DNA of 63,948 nt, counting the filler, from Octopus bimaculoides (taxonomy: Eukaryota): assembly GCF_001194135.2 (NCBI RefSeq). It is 5 parts of 5 records of this genome, joined end to end, with 100 filler letters (N's around TTAATTAATTAA, not from the genome) between each part and the next. Parts side by side here need not be neighbours in the genome. Positions count along the whole stretch, not along the records: positions 1 to 26,337 come from NC_068981.1; 4 more parts are not named here. The stretch is one strand, 5' to 3'. This document shows positions 11,832-24,374 of the stretch, piece by piece; position 1 is the stretch's first letter, and each line of letters starts with the position of its first letter. The position numbers and the translations under genes are program-made. The notes beneath the pieces were generated by a model. It made no database searches. It saw nothing but the letters and a program-made list of their open reading frames with translations, and was not told where the DNA came from.

Positions 11832-13826
11832 TCAGTGGTGACTGAAGGGAAGAGTGAAAAAATATTTATCAGCATTTTCAGAGTGGACTGAAGCATACAA
11901 AAAAAAAAATAGATACATAGATACATACACAGATTGTTAAATTAAAAGCGGGAGAGAGGAAGAACGCAAAGGAGGTGAGAGAGAAAGGGAGAAAGTGAGA
12001 AAAACAGTAGGTACATAGATACATAGACTCATATTGTAGTATTCTAACTGTGTGTGACATCGAGGACTCTTTTCTCTTATCTGTTGCTCTTTCAGCAATT
12101 AATACTCCAACAAAACATCTATGCAATCGCCCGACTTGTGACAAATAGCAACCATATCTCTTTCAAATCATACCCTCCTGTGTTATTGTATTTCATGCAA
12201 CGTGGTTGGATTTTATTAAGACAGCAGAGTAATGCCATTAGTAGGGAGGAAGATGAGAGAAAATAAAATAAAATAACTATTTAAAATACAATAAAGGCGG
12301 GAGTACAAGGAGGTTTAATTTTCTGTAACAGGTTGATGGGTAATAACGATTTTTGAGGTTTTTAGATATGAACGCTTTAAAGGTTCGTGGATATCAAAGT
12401 TTGAAAGTTAAATGACGTGTAGAAGGGAACTCTATTTAAATTTATTATTACCTGTATGTTTTAATAAATATTTGTCCATTAAAATCCATACTATAATAAT
12501 GGATACGAAGCAGAATGTATAATGGTGCTGCACTCTTATTTTGATAAATTTGAAGCCACTGCTTAAACACACATTTAAAAAAAAATTTCTAAACTATTAA
12601 AACCCCATTATGAGTATTGATATTGCTAACCAGAGAAGAAAAGCAGCCAGACTTCGTCAACTGGAGAGGCGAAAAAGATTGAGCAGTGACCGACGAGAAG
12701 CTGTAAGAAACATAAATGCTGCACGACGGAGAGAATTTGAGCCGAGCACGATGCTCCAAAATTTTACTACGGCACTCTCTACAGCATAGAGTAGCAAGAG
12801 AACATATATCACAGGAAAGAAGAGGAGAAATTTTACATCAAAATACTGAACAAATTCGCACAGCCCGAGAGAATTTATCACAGAAAAGAAGAGAAGAATT
12901 TCTATCAGTTGTCTACCTCCGCATGAGATTGAATTAAAAATTGGGGCACCAATTATGTTTTTCAGAAATCTTGATCACAAAAAACGGTCATTGTAACGGC
13001 ACAAGGTATAAAATTGTTACTGGAAAAAAAAATTGACTGGATTTAATGTGGGACAAATTGTTCTGATTCTTCGAATCAGTTAAATGCCTTCTAATTCTGA
13101 CTTATCCTTCACATTACAAAGGCACCAATTTCCAGTAAGACCGGCTTGTGCAATTTCGATAAACAGAAGCCAAGGACAGAGTTTGTCAAAATATGGCATT
13201 TACTTACAAAATCCAGTTTTCACTCACGGTCAATTATACGTTGCTATAAGCAGGGTTGGAGACCCAGATGAGATAAGAACTTATGCTGAACAAAATAAGT
13301 TCCTGAATTACAATTCAAATCCAAGACGTCGGGACCATCACGATATACAGAAACTAACTAGAAATGTTCTATATGCTGAAGTTGTCTAAATGTAAAAACC
13401 TCCCTGTATATACATCTTACATATTAAGATTAAATTGTTCATGTTCAGTATATAAATATTGTAATATTTGTTCGTTATATGGAGATTTGCGGATTAATTA
13501 TTTAAAACAAAGATTTTAACGTTGAGTTTCAATAAGTACACGTTCTATATCCATCTTATTTTCAAATTTAACTGCTTGGGATCAGGAGAGTGTAGTATCA
13601 AAGATGGGGATTAACACAAACTTTAAGACATTATTATTTCTTATATTTAATTGTTTATGTTAGGATTGTATTTACTCCATGTACCCAGAACTTATGGACA
13701 CCCTGAATATAGATATAGATTTATGTAAATATATGTAAAACTGGTTATTGATACTTTCATTTACTTTTGGGTATAGATGAGAAAAAATACGATATTAAAC
13801 TAGACATCGTTTAACTGGTGCCCTAG
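11612..13826 (+). mobile_element. Non-autonomous Helitron (internal deletion derivative)
   Basis: 5' end A|TCTATACAATACTATAA...GTCCGTCTGTTTGTC (typical Helitron 5' TC terminus); RepHel N-terminal charged repeats from ATG 12610; PIF1 helicase C-terminus LPPHEIELKIGAPIMFFRNL, CNGTR, QFPVRP..AISINRSQGQSL, VFTHGQLYVAISRV (to 13389). Putative 3' end is a weak hairpin plus CTAG|T at 13823-13827 and is less certain. Confidence 0.8.
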
Positions 13827-13854
13827 TAATAATAAAAATAAATATTATTATTAC

Positions 13855-13990
13855 CAATAATTGTCCGAGCCCTGGGAACAGTGAGTAAAAATCTTGAAAA
13901 GTACATGGAATAAAGGTGGAGAACTTGCAGAAAAAAGCACTGCTTGGAACCGCTCGAATATTCCGGAAGGTGCTCGAAAAATAAGGGGTG
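13855..13990 (+). mobile_element. 3' terminal fragment of an R4/Dong-family LINE
   Basis: IIVRALGTVSKNLEKYME...LQKKALLGTARIFRKVLEK*. Confidence 0.8.
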
Positions 13991-14004
13991 TTACCTTAAT
14001 TCAC

Positions 14005-14530
14005 TGGTGGATTCTGATCTTAATTGATTGGAAGTGTTATCATGTACATTGTTTTGTCTTGATATAAAAGATGGGCTACAGCAAATATTCTGCTTAATAC
14101 CACAGATTTGCTTGTCAGTTGTTTGACCTTAACCAGTTGAGCATGTCCCTAGGTAGCTGACGATATGTGCACCTCTGATCATGAGCAGAAGTAGTGGGAG
14201 AGCAGCATGGCCATGTGCTGAGAGGAATTCTTTGGGGTCTGAATAATTCACCTTTGGAAACATGGGTGTTTTGCTCAACATCCTTAAATAAACCTTATTC
14301 AGGTACCTTTTGAGCTGGATGGGTTACTCGACCTGAAGAAAATTCTTACTGGGCCCCACCTGCGAGGTCATGCGCTGTTTATTTTGATATGAGATCACCA
14401 TGTCGCGCACATATGGTTGTGATGCATGTACCTGGTGTACCCTTATCAGACGGGTAGTCATGATGGGTATACTGGGCTTCGTATATTTTACCTCAGTGTC
14501 ACTTTGATGACATGCACTGCTCTCTCACTC

Positions 14531-14579
<49 letters not shown>
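14005..14579 (+). repeat. Non-coding interspersed repeat ending in an (AAT)n tail, probably mobilised by Dong-type LINEs
   Basis: GC-balanced 525-bp block ending ctctctcactc(AAT)16. I recognise it as an abundant octopus repeat from memory but cannot confirm its class. Confidence 0.5.
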
Positions 14580-14583
<4 letters not shown>

Positions 14584-15149
14584 GGACTATATAAATTTCT
14601 CTTTAGAGAACAAAATTCTTAATGAGCTTTTACTTCGGTGATACATGTTCAATCACGGTAGGTTTCAAATCATTCAAATGAATGCTCTTACAATCGCTGG
14701 ACCTGCTACTAAATGCAAAGAACTCTTTCTCAAATGCCTTCATAGTGAATTTAGAAATGGAAATAAATACATCATACTGTGTCCCCTATATTCACAAAGA
14801 TGTAATATCTACACCTGAAATGTCGATAAAAGGATAAAAGATTATCAAAACTTCAGCTACGCATTCTTTGAATCACAATATAGGATACCATCCGTACTAA
14901 CATTGTCATTTTCCTGAAACTTTAAGGTCTACCAACAATCTTGCTTTGCATATAACAATAACAGAAAAAAGAAAACCAAACGTAACTCATTCGTATTAAT
15001 AATAAAATACAGAACATCATAAGTTTATGCCATAATATCACACATATACGTTGAAAATCCTCCTATGCGCTACTAAGATCCTAAATTTCACCTGCATCTT
15101 CGTGCCTAATGTTCACATTCGAATGAAGGGAGAAAAAGTCAATGGACCA

Positions 15150-16300
15150 TAACCAACCCTGATAAAACGACTGACACAAAGGAGATATCACAGGCACCCA
15201 AAATGGGGCATAAATGTACAAATATTCAAAATATAAAACAACGTCAAAAATAAGGTTGATATAATAAACTTATCTCACCACGAGAACTTTAAAGCTAAAT
15301 ACATTTCCAAAGATTCGGTGAGAAGTCACCGAATTCATACAATACAACATGTACCTCAAACATTACCATAACTCAATAACCGAAACAATTTTGTTTTTCT
15401 TGCATTCGTTCACAAAATGCACACAAAGTAGAGAGAGACTTGAAACGGAAGATATGCACATTCGATTTATATCCCTAAAGTGCCAACATCTATTATATCA
15501 GAAAAGCAATAAAGAACTTAAAACCAATATTTCACGACAAAAGTATCAATACATACGAAAAGCACCAAGTACATATTGTACTTACCAACACTGTGAAGTA
15601 TTAATGTCGACACAGCCAAATCTCCAGAATATAACAGCCTATATAAATCATAACAATTTTAAAAATCTGAAAGAAAATCAATGAAGACGACACTAACTCA
15701 TCACTGACAGTCGCATTTTAAAAATTTCTAGTAAGTCACATACTAAATATAAGTCATAGAGATATATACAACATATTTCTCTATACATGGTAGTACAGAA
15801 TATATCTCTATATATGATAGTATAACATGTATCTATACATTTTAGTCAACATTGAATGTAGTGGTAAATATAAACTCGTTAAATGCAATATCTTACTATA
15901 CAGAAAAAGGACCTTCATGGTGATATGAACAATAGGTTGATGGCAAAATATTGAGATCACCAATAAATTCTATATAAATCCATCTGTACATAGTATAGCG
16001 ATGTTTAAGATTTCAAAATATTCATATAACAAATGTAGTATTAAATGTAAGTCATTTGATCATACTTATATCATATAGCATGAATCCAAACCAGTGCACT
16101 AAATTACGTCTTTCTACTTCTACAACCCCATACCTGTCACCTAGCAACATATTTCTAAAACACCAACTATTATATATCGTGAAATCTAAATTAAAGCAAG
16201 GTCTTATAGAATGAAACCTCATAATCAAAACGTTAATATATCACAGATACAGAACTGATGAGACAAATAGGGATTATCTACAAGACTCAAGCAATCATAG
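15150..16300 (+). mobile_element. Possible highly decayed Penelope-like RT region
   Basis: IINLSH...(like VINLS), NFKNLKENQ (like KL..DPT), A-rich coding-like plus strand; many stops. Confidence 0.3.
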
Positions 16301-17756
16301 AAATCAGAGACGCGCAAGCAAACGTCACAATTACTTAATGCTAAAAGATAATCCTTTGTACTTTTGGCATGAGAAAACGGTGTTAGTCCATATCATTGAC
16401 CGCAGTGATTCATTAGTGTTTCATTTAATAAAAGCCGGAGGGAAGGGATGTAAGGTGAAGTTTACTTCGATGAGATTTGATCTAAAGAAATAACGAAAGA
16501 AATATTGCTGGGTGCTCTAACAGTTTTGCCGATCCACAGTTTTAGCCAACAGAGAGCAATAAAAAAATAATAATATTTAAACAGCACAACTACAAAGGTC
16601 ACCGCCATCTGGCATATACTAAAAATCATGTAGCGTTTGGATATCCAGGAGAATAATACCTTGCTGTATGAATCTCCAACTCCCACATCTACTAAAATAC
16701 ACGTAGAATTATCCCTTAACCTATTGCTCATACATCACTCCATAATATTATTACGTCGCCATATGAGGAGCATTTTCCATTTAAATCAGTTCAGAAATCA
16801 TGAAGAAAGCACATAAAAGCAAACGTATTAGTAATATCAGTAGACGTACTACATTTGAGCCTATGACAGTCCGAACAATATAAGGAACTTGTATAGAAAA
16901 GACAACACGTATGAGTGCAACGCCACTGATCATAGATTTATTCATCGGTTCGAAGATTGACTAAAAAGATGTAGCAAATAGTTCCCGGCATGGTCTCTAT
17001 TGGACAAGGATGTTCTGAATTTGATCAAATGTGAAGTTTGGTTAAATTTGGTTGTCAGAGATTAAACGTTTGTTTAAAAATCTATGTAATTCCTTGTCAA
17101 AACTAGAGGAACTTTATAAACCTACAATAATATTATAAAATGGGGACCTATCATATTACATGACTGGGAATGGATATCATGCATAATTAAAAATGAATTA
17201 ACTGGAATGCCTACTGTGGATTTTAGTGAAATTTGTGTACCCACACAACCATAAACAAGTTGATGGTTAATGACATTTGAAATATTCAATCATTACTAAA
17301 TAAAGATCAGGTAGTATGCACGTTTATAAATACACTAACTTTAAATGATCAACTCTCAACCGCATAGAATGTAGCTTAAAAACTGTTAGGGACTGTAACT
17401 ATAAAGATGTATGGTAAAAGTTTGTAGAATACTAGTACTTTTTGGAATGACACTCTTGAATGTCATTGATAATGGAAACTATTTGGCGTTTTATTTAACC
17501 GTGTGGTAACTCATAACCATAATACCGACATAGAAGTGTACATTACCCTCTTCATATCTTACATCGTTCCTCAGAACTCATTAATCTATCACTCACCAAA
17601 GGACCTACCTTAACATTTGCAAGCACACCCCAGTGAGTCTCATTCCAAACGAAATCAACGTCTCTGTCCAAAAGAGCTAATATCCTATTGCCCACATCTA
17701 ACATTTCTGATATTAGAGCTAACTTTCAGCTATGTCGTTATCCAGAGCATCGTATC

Positions 17757-17818
<62 letters not shown>

Positions 17819-18104
17819 CCTATCTATCTATTTGAATGTGTGTGTGTATATATATATATATATGTATGTGCTTATATATCTATGTAAGTATCCATATCAG
17901 AATATGTATGCCTTTTCGATCGTGTCCACACTTCCTTCTATCTACATGTATTGATTTATGTATATCTAATCTATTCCTAACAAATGGTGTTTTTAACCTA
18001 GGAATTCTCGTAACAGTTCTAGTGACGTATTGCCTTTCCTTATTAAAATATTCGTAATGAAATCGGATCATTATTTTTAAATAACCCTGTATATACATAC
18101 ATAA

Positions 18105-18702
18105 CTGTATAATAATATATCATAATAATATATATTCCTCGATATGAAGTGACAATTTTTAAATGATGAGCTGACCCTAGCCAGAATCGAACCCACAAAT
18201 CAACGTTTAGATGGTACCTTGTGCATCCGATTGGGCCAAACGCTCATCCATCAAATTCAGCCATATACTTAAATTGTCTAATACTACATACAGTATTTGT
18301 ATACAAACCGGAGAGGCTTTGTAACTTACGGAGAGAAAGCAACTATGGAAGACTCATAGTATAATAATAGCTGTATAATAATATATCATAATAATATGTA
18401 TCCTCCGATTTGAAGCGACAATGAGTCTTCCATAGTTGCTTTCTCTCCGTAACTTACAAAGCATTTCTGATTTGTTTACAAATATGATGTGTGATATTAG
18501 ACAGCTTAAGTATATATTAATTAAATTTGGCTGAAATTGATGGGTGAGCGGTTGGGTTCAATCGGATGCGCAAGGAGCCATTTAAGCGTTGATTTGTGGG
18601 GGCAATTCTGGTTAGGGTTAACTCATCATTTTTCAGTCAGTCATTTTGTTCGTATTTAAAGGTTTTCGCTTCAGATCGGAGAATATATATCATGATTTGT
18701 TG

Positions 18703-18706
<4 letters not shown>
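18105..18706. repeat. Foldback structure A-B-A'-B(rc)-A(rc) containing two inverted tRNA-like heads
   Basis: B 18163-18356 vs inverted 18421-18629; A 18105-18156 is repeated directly at 18371-18422 and inverted at ~18662-18706. Reverse complement of B contains TGGCCCAATCGG (A box) and GGTTCGATTC (B box). Confidence 0.85.
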
Positions 18707-18744
<38 letters not shown>

Positions 18745-19805
18745 NNNNNNNNNNNNNNNNNNNNNNNNNNNNNNNNNNNNNNNNNNNNNNNNNNNNNNNN
18801 NNNNNNNNNNNNNNNNNNNNNNNNNNNNNNNNNNNNNNNNNNNNNNNNNNNNNNNNNNNNNNNNNNNNNNNNNNNNNNNNNNNNNNNNNNNNNNNNNNNN
18901 NNTATATATAGTAAAACCGTCGAAACTGAAGTTTAATATCAAACAGTTGTTAGAATCAGATTCATATGATTACTTCTTTTTAAACAAAACTAATGTATAT
19001 TCATGATATTTATATGCTCCTTCTAATTCTGGTATCAGATATATACCCTGTATATTTATTCATACATTTCGCTTGTTTCCATTTTCAATAGTGAGATGTT
19101 TACCCAGCTATGGAACAGAACAGACGTTGCATTAAGCCAAGAGCTCTGAGCTTTCCAAACATTTCTAATTTGAGATATCGTCAATGGATAACAAATGCTA
19201 CGGTGTCATTGTCTGCTAAGTTTCGCTTGCATCATTGTATACTGATAATTTACAAATACGTCAGTAAAACTATATAAGAATTAAAATCAACCGCACACAC
19301 ACGCAACGATCGCAGACACAAACACATACAAACAAACGTAACTATAAAAACGAATATATACATCATACATACAAATATATATATACGTATATATATATAT
19401 ATNNNNNNNNNNNNNNNNNNNNNNNNNNNNNNNNNNNNNNNNNNNNNNNNNNNNNNNNNNNNNNNNNNNNNNNNNNNNNNNNNNNNNNNNNNNNNNNNNN
19501 NNNNNNNNNNNNNNNNNNNNNNNNNNNNNNNNNNNNNNNNNNNNNNNNNNNNNNNNNNNNNNNNNNNNNNNNNNNNNNNNNNNNNNNNNNNNNNNNNNNN
19601 NNNNNNNNNNNNNNNNNNNNNNNNNNNNNNNNNNNNNNNNNNNNNNNNNNNNNNNNNNNNNNNNNNNNNNNNNNNNNNNNNNNNNNNNNNNNNNNNNNNN
19701 NNNNNNNNNNNNNNNNNNNNNNNNNNNNNNNNNNNNNNNNNNNNNNNNNNNNNNNNNACATATATATACATATATATGGCTATGCTTACACACACACACA
19801 GACAG

Positions 19806-19844
<39 letters not shown>

Positions 19845-20589
19845 CACATATATATATATATATACATATACATGCTAGACATCACGTACAAAGTCTGGCT
19901 GGCAGTGGTATATAAACACCAGGGGTTTGCTTGAAATCGTTTGTACACTTAAATATGACTTTTTGTGTATCATTGTTTGCGGATGTATGGATGTGTCTAT
20001 GTACAACACACAACCTATAAGGAATTGATTTTGAACGCGTTCTATAGAATGAGAAACAGAAACTTTCACCAGTTTCAGAGGCAATAATTATAGCCGACAT
20101 TTTGAATAACAATGCAGAGCATTTTTTGGATGCTTCTCAAAAGATAGATAATGGTTAGATGTATTCATTACTTGCCAATAATTGGGATGCTTACTTGTAT
20201 TCGTTGTAGTAGATAATTGACATGATAGAAAAAGTGTAGAAAACAAATGCAGGGCATGAATTAAAAAGGGTTATCAAGAAGAAAGTGTTAGTTAGAGATA
20301 AATATAGAGAGACAGGAAGATAAAGAAACTAGTAAAGAAGAATTCAGTGAACGAGAGAAAGACACATACTCACGATCAATATCATTTCAATTCATATAGT
20401 TGAACATGTTCTACAAATCATCTAACAAGAATCGAAATCCTATCGTTTACAAGTTTATAACTTTATTGTAAATAACATTGCATGTTCTGCATCCAAGAAA
20501 TAAATTACGCCAATTAGAATCAAATAGGCGGGAGTCGAAACGTATCTTCAAACAAAAGAACAATATACTCATTAATATCGGTTAATTCA

Positions 20590-20999
20590 AAATATTTGGA
20601 TTCTACCTTTGTAATCCGGTGTGGTGGTCGTTATCGTAAGCGAGATTAGGACCTTCTGCGATTCGCACTGGATCTCGACAACGGTGCTAAAACGATGATC
20701 TTTCAGCTGCATCCTCATCTTGGAGAAGAGATTGAAGTCTGCAGGTGCTAAATCTGGAGAACAGGGCCGGTGCCGAATCGATATTATGCGTTAATTTGGC
20801 GAGTAACTCACGAATGGAGAGCTCTGTGAAGAATCCGATTCTCCGTGCTCCACAGATCCAGTTATTTTCGCCGAATACCCTCAATCAAACAATTCAAAAA
20901 GTTACTGTGAGACTCTCAATTTACGGTCTGCCCCTGGGTGGGTGGGGATTCCGAATTCCCGATACACAGTACCACATCTGCATGGCTGTTGAATACTGA
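20590..20999 (+). pseudogene. GC-richer coding-like remnant, possibly L1/Tx1 ORF1
   Basis: Frameshifted reading ...LGEEIE/SLQVLNL...KVTVRLSIYGLP..GFRIPDTQYHICM resembles RRM-type ORF1 proteins; identity unconfirmed. Confidence 0.3.
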
Positions 21000-22974
21000 G
21001 GATTCAATTGTTCTTTAACAAACACAATTACTCCTCGTAAACGCAATGTGTAAGAGGCTGAGTATCTCTCTCACATGGAAACTTTTCTTTGCTCTAATTA
21101 GCATGTCACAGTGTGACATAGCTGAACCTTTAAGTTATATGTAAAATCCAGAGAGAATAAAAACTGATTCCAGTCTTGAACCCGCCGGGAGTTTATTAAT
21201 CAACATCGAAAGGAGGACAAATTTTACTTCCTTGTGCGCAGTGAACGGGGAGCAATGCCGCAAAGCATTCTCTCCGATTCTTTTAAGAGCATACGAATTG
21301 TCTGTCTTTAATTAATAAATATAGATTTTGTAAACACATTTCTGTTGAACAGATAAAAAGATCACGTTTCATGGATGGGAAAAAATTGGGGATGAATAAC
21401 AGGTGGCGCTTGTTATTGAAAGGACTTCAATACCAATAATGTAAACATGGATTGGCGACAATAAATAAAACAGGGATTTTTAAAATGATTGCCTACATAG
21501 TAGACAATTGCATACCCTACAATCTTTGTCTACTAAATTCCTAAGTATCTAAAATTACAAAAAAATTTAAGTGAATCAATAGAAAGAATTTAATTGATGT
21601 ACCATATTAAAAAAATCTAATGTTATATCAATGTTATATCTAATGTTATATCTAATGCTATGTCAATAGTCCAAAGGGTATTGTTAAACTACCGCGTTAA
21701 TAAAAACTCTAAGCCTATGAAAACAAAGCTACAGAATAATGGTGGCTACTTGTCAATTAATACGAGTAGGAACGGATGGTTATAAAGTCAATATTGATAA
21801 TAAATCAATGTTCTTAACAGAAAAGGAAAATCATTTACTCTAGAATAAAATTTATTCCCTATATATAAAAATATTAACAGTAATGAGGATTTGAAAATTA
21901 TCAGTCTAGCAAGAGATAAATATCTATTAGGACAAGTTAATACTATTATTTCGGCTTCTGCACTTGTATAAATTATATATATGTTGTTCGTGGCGGTTGA
22001 AGATTGTAGTCTTAAGGCTATCTTATAACTATACGTGTTTGTTTCTAACCATCCGCCATAATTCATGTTGTAGTTTGGATCCGCAAAAAGTATAAGGTTT
22101 ATATATTATGTCTGAATTCATATTTAAAGATATTGGTAAGAAGAATATAACAAAATATTTATGAAATCAGAATAAGATCTACAGTAAGTTATTATATAAA
22201 ATGTTGATAGAAAATAAAATAATCTAGTGTAAGCTTGATTGTTATATTAAAAGTCTTTCAGTGTAAAAGAAAATATTTCAACTATAAATGTGTTCTAGAA
22301 TAGAATCTCTGAACAATATTTTGAAACAAGATGCATATTATAGAATTATTGATTACTGTGCATCCATTTAAAATATCATTAGAACGAGCAAGGAAAATTA
22401 GATCGATGTTTAATAATACGAGAACAATAAAGAACAATGAAAATATATTTTTATATTCAACCAAATTGCTTTCACGATAATGTATATTTTATATTTCTGA
22501 ATTTATAGTAACCTCCTCCTGCTAATGAAGATATTTATCAAAATGAGCAAAGAAATCGGAAACTTTTGTCTTACAAATTTTTTTAAAAATAACTTTGGCT
22601 GCATAGTCAAATTCACTTTTTTCTAAAAGCGAATAGATATAAAATTGAATATATNNNNNNNNNNNNNNNNNNNNNNNNNNNNNNNNNNNNNNNNNNNNNN
22701 NNNNNNNNNNNNNTATATATATATATATGGGTATTAAATTCAATATCGCAGGTATAAAATTACTTCCATTCGTTACAGGAATGGTATGTCTAATATTTAT
22801 CTGTATACTTATAAATATAATGAGATATCTTAGTGAAGACGATCATTAAGTGTCCATTCATTTGCCGGGAAACATTTTACTGAAATTATTGCGTACACCG
22901 ATATTCACAACTTATTAACAACCCGTTTCTTACCAATGTAGGGCATAAGAAATCAACAAAAATCTAGTAATCAT

Positions 22975-22997
22975 CATCGTCATCATCATCATCATCG

Positions 22998-23058
<61 letters not shown>

Positions 23059-23078
23059 TATCATCACCACCATCATCG
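22975..23078. repeat. (CAT)n microsatellite
   Basis: Direct reading. Confidence 0.95.
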
Positions 23079-23909
23079 TACAACCGTGTTTAATATACCT
23101 CTTAGCTTATATTCCAGGCCTATGTTAATATCGGAATCCACTTATAGGGAAATAGCATGTCTATATAACCACGAATGTGATCATAAATCAAAACCCTATT
23201 TTCACGATGTCATTAATGGTCATTAATGGATCATGCAAAGAAAGTAATCCATGAATATAGACAGATATTGATGACAGAAATACATGCAGAGCTATGCGAC
23301 GTATGAAACAGAAATGGCAAAAGCAAAAATCCTAAGGACACAATATGTCACATAGACACAGGCATACAAGTTATTATCGACCATAGGAGTAGTTAAGTAG
23401 TTTTCCTTTGTACACGTCTTCTATTACTGTTCCTTCCATTTTCCATCAAACTGGGAGTAAAACCCAAGACGTAGATGCATATAGATGTTATGACTCCTTA
23501 TGGAAAGTAATATTTTTTCGTATCAATTGTTTTTATATATTTGGTCACTTATTTCCTTGATTATATATTTAGTAACTTCAGTTTGCTACGTTTAGTTGAT
23601 ATATGATTTAAATTTTATTTAAAGCATATATTTAATAGTTACAGTTCTGTAACAATCTCAGGACGTTTGCATGTCTGATATATTCTTGTTTTCATTGTGC
23701 TCGATTATTTTAAGGCTGTATCAACTCAGTGAGCATATCGAACTTAAATTTACCCCTTGCATATATCGATTATTCCCTTGCAATGTGAAAGAGAGTACAA
23801 AGTATTACTAGCGTTGCTAGAAATAAGAGTCAAAACAACTCATTAGCTGCAAGAGAACTATTATAGTAAGCTGACAAGGAAGACAAAGCTCACTACGGTC
23901 GCAGATATA

Positions 23910-23965
23910 GCCATTTCACGTGATTTCGAATTTTGATGCAGAGCATCTTCATTCTCGTCAGTGGC
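23910..23965 (-). ncRNA. Type I hammerhead ribozyme motif (cleavage-site U16.1 mutated to A)
   Basis: GCCA-CUGACGA-GAAU gaa GAUGC ucu GCAUC aaa AUUC-GAAA-UCACGUGA-AA-UGGC: intact core, extended stem II, palindromic stem III, 4-bp stem I. Confidence 0.8.
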
Positions 23966-24186
23966 GCTTACTGCCCCTAGAGTGAGGCTCAACTCACTTG
24001 TAAGAAAATCCGTTGAAAACATGCGATGATTTAAAAAAAGATAGAAGTGAAACCTATAAATAATATGGGTGGCTTATTAGAAATTTAACAACCTAAAGGC
24101 AAAATTGTAGACGTCAGTAAAGTGAGAGAGGGTTTTTCTTTTAAGTTGACGTGGTGAGTTGAGCTCAATCCTAGGCGCAGTGAGAA

Positions 24187-24240
24187 TCACTGACTTGAAT
24201 TAAGATGCCCTGCTTCAAAATTCGAGGTCACGTGATATGA
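24187..24240 (+). ncRNA. Degenerate type I hammerhead motif (second arm)
   Basis: UCA-CUGACUU-stem II-GAGG-UCACGUGA-UA-UGA: core mutated but AUA cleavage triplet intact; stem I has U-A where the other arm has C-G. Confidence 0.65.
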
Positions 24241-24374
24241 CTATATATGCGACCGTGGGAGCTTTAGCTCCCTTGTCAGCTTACTAAAATAGTACTTTTA
24301 TGACTAACAAGTCGTTTTGACTCTTATATCTAGCAATGCTGATACCAACTTATACTCTCTGCCACTTTAGTGAC

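Larger units (their letters stand above)
23806..24345. mobile_element. Foldback element with ~200-bp inverted arms, each carrying a hammerhead motif (Penelope pLTR-like or retrozyme-like)
   Basis: Left arm tagcgttgctagaaataagagtcaaaac...tcacgtgatttcgaattttgatgcagagcatcttc...gctcaactcac matches the reverse complement of the right arm throughout. Confidence 0.85.

Noticed and set aside
16255-16300. CTGATGA followed by gac aaatag
   Set aside because: No correctly placed GAAA or closing stems.
17155-17235. LHDWEWISCIIKNELTGMPTVDFS, faintly like the C2B motif LWDWDMVGKNDFLGMVEFS
   Set aside because: Needs two insertions in a conserved loop and lacks splice signals.
18160-18250. tRNA-like sequence, and similar SINE heads at 29974, 30869, 35453 and 60632
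   Set aside because: Acceptor and anticodon stems do not close; these are SINE or repeat heads, not tRNA genes.
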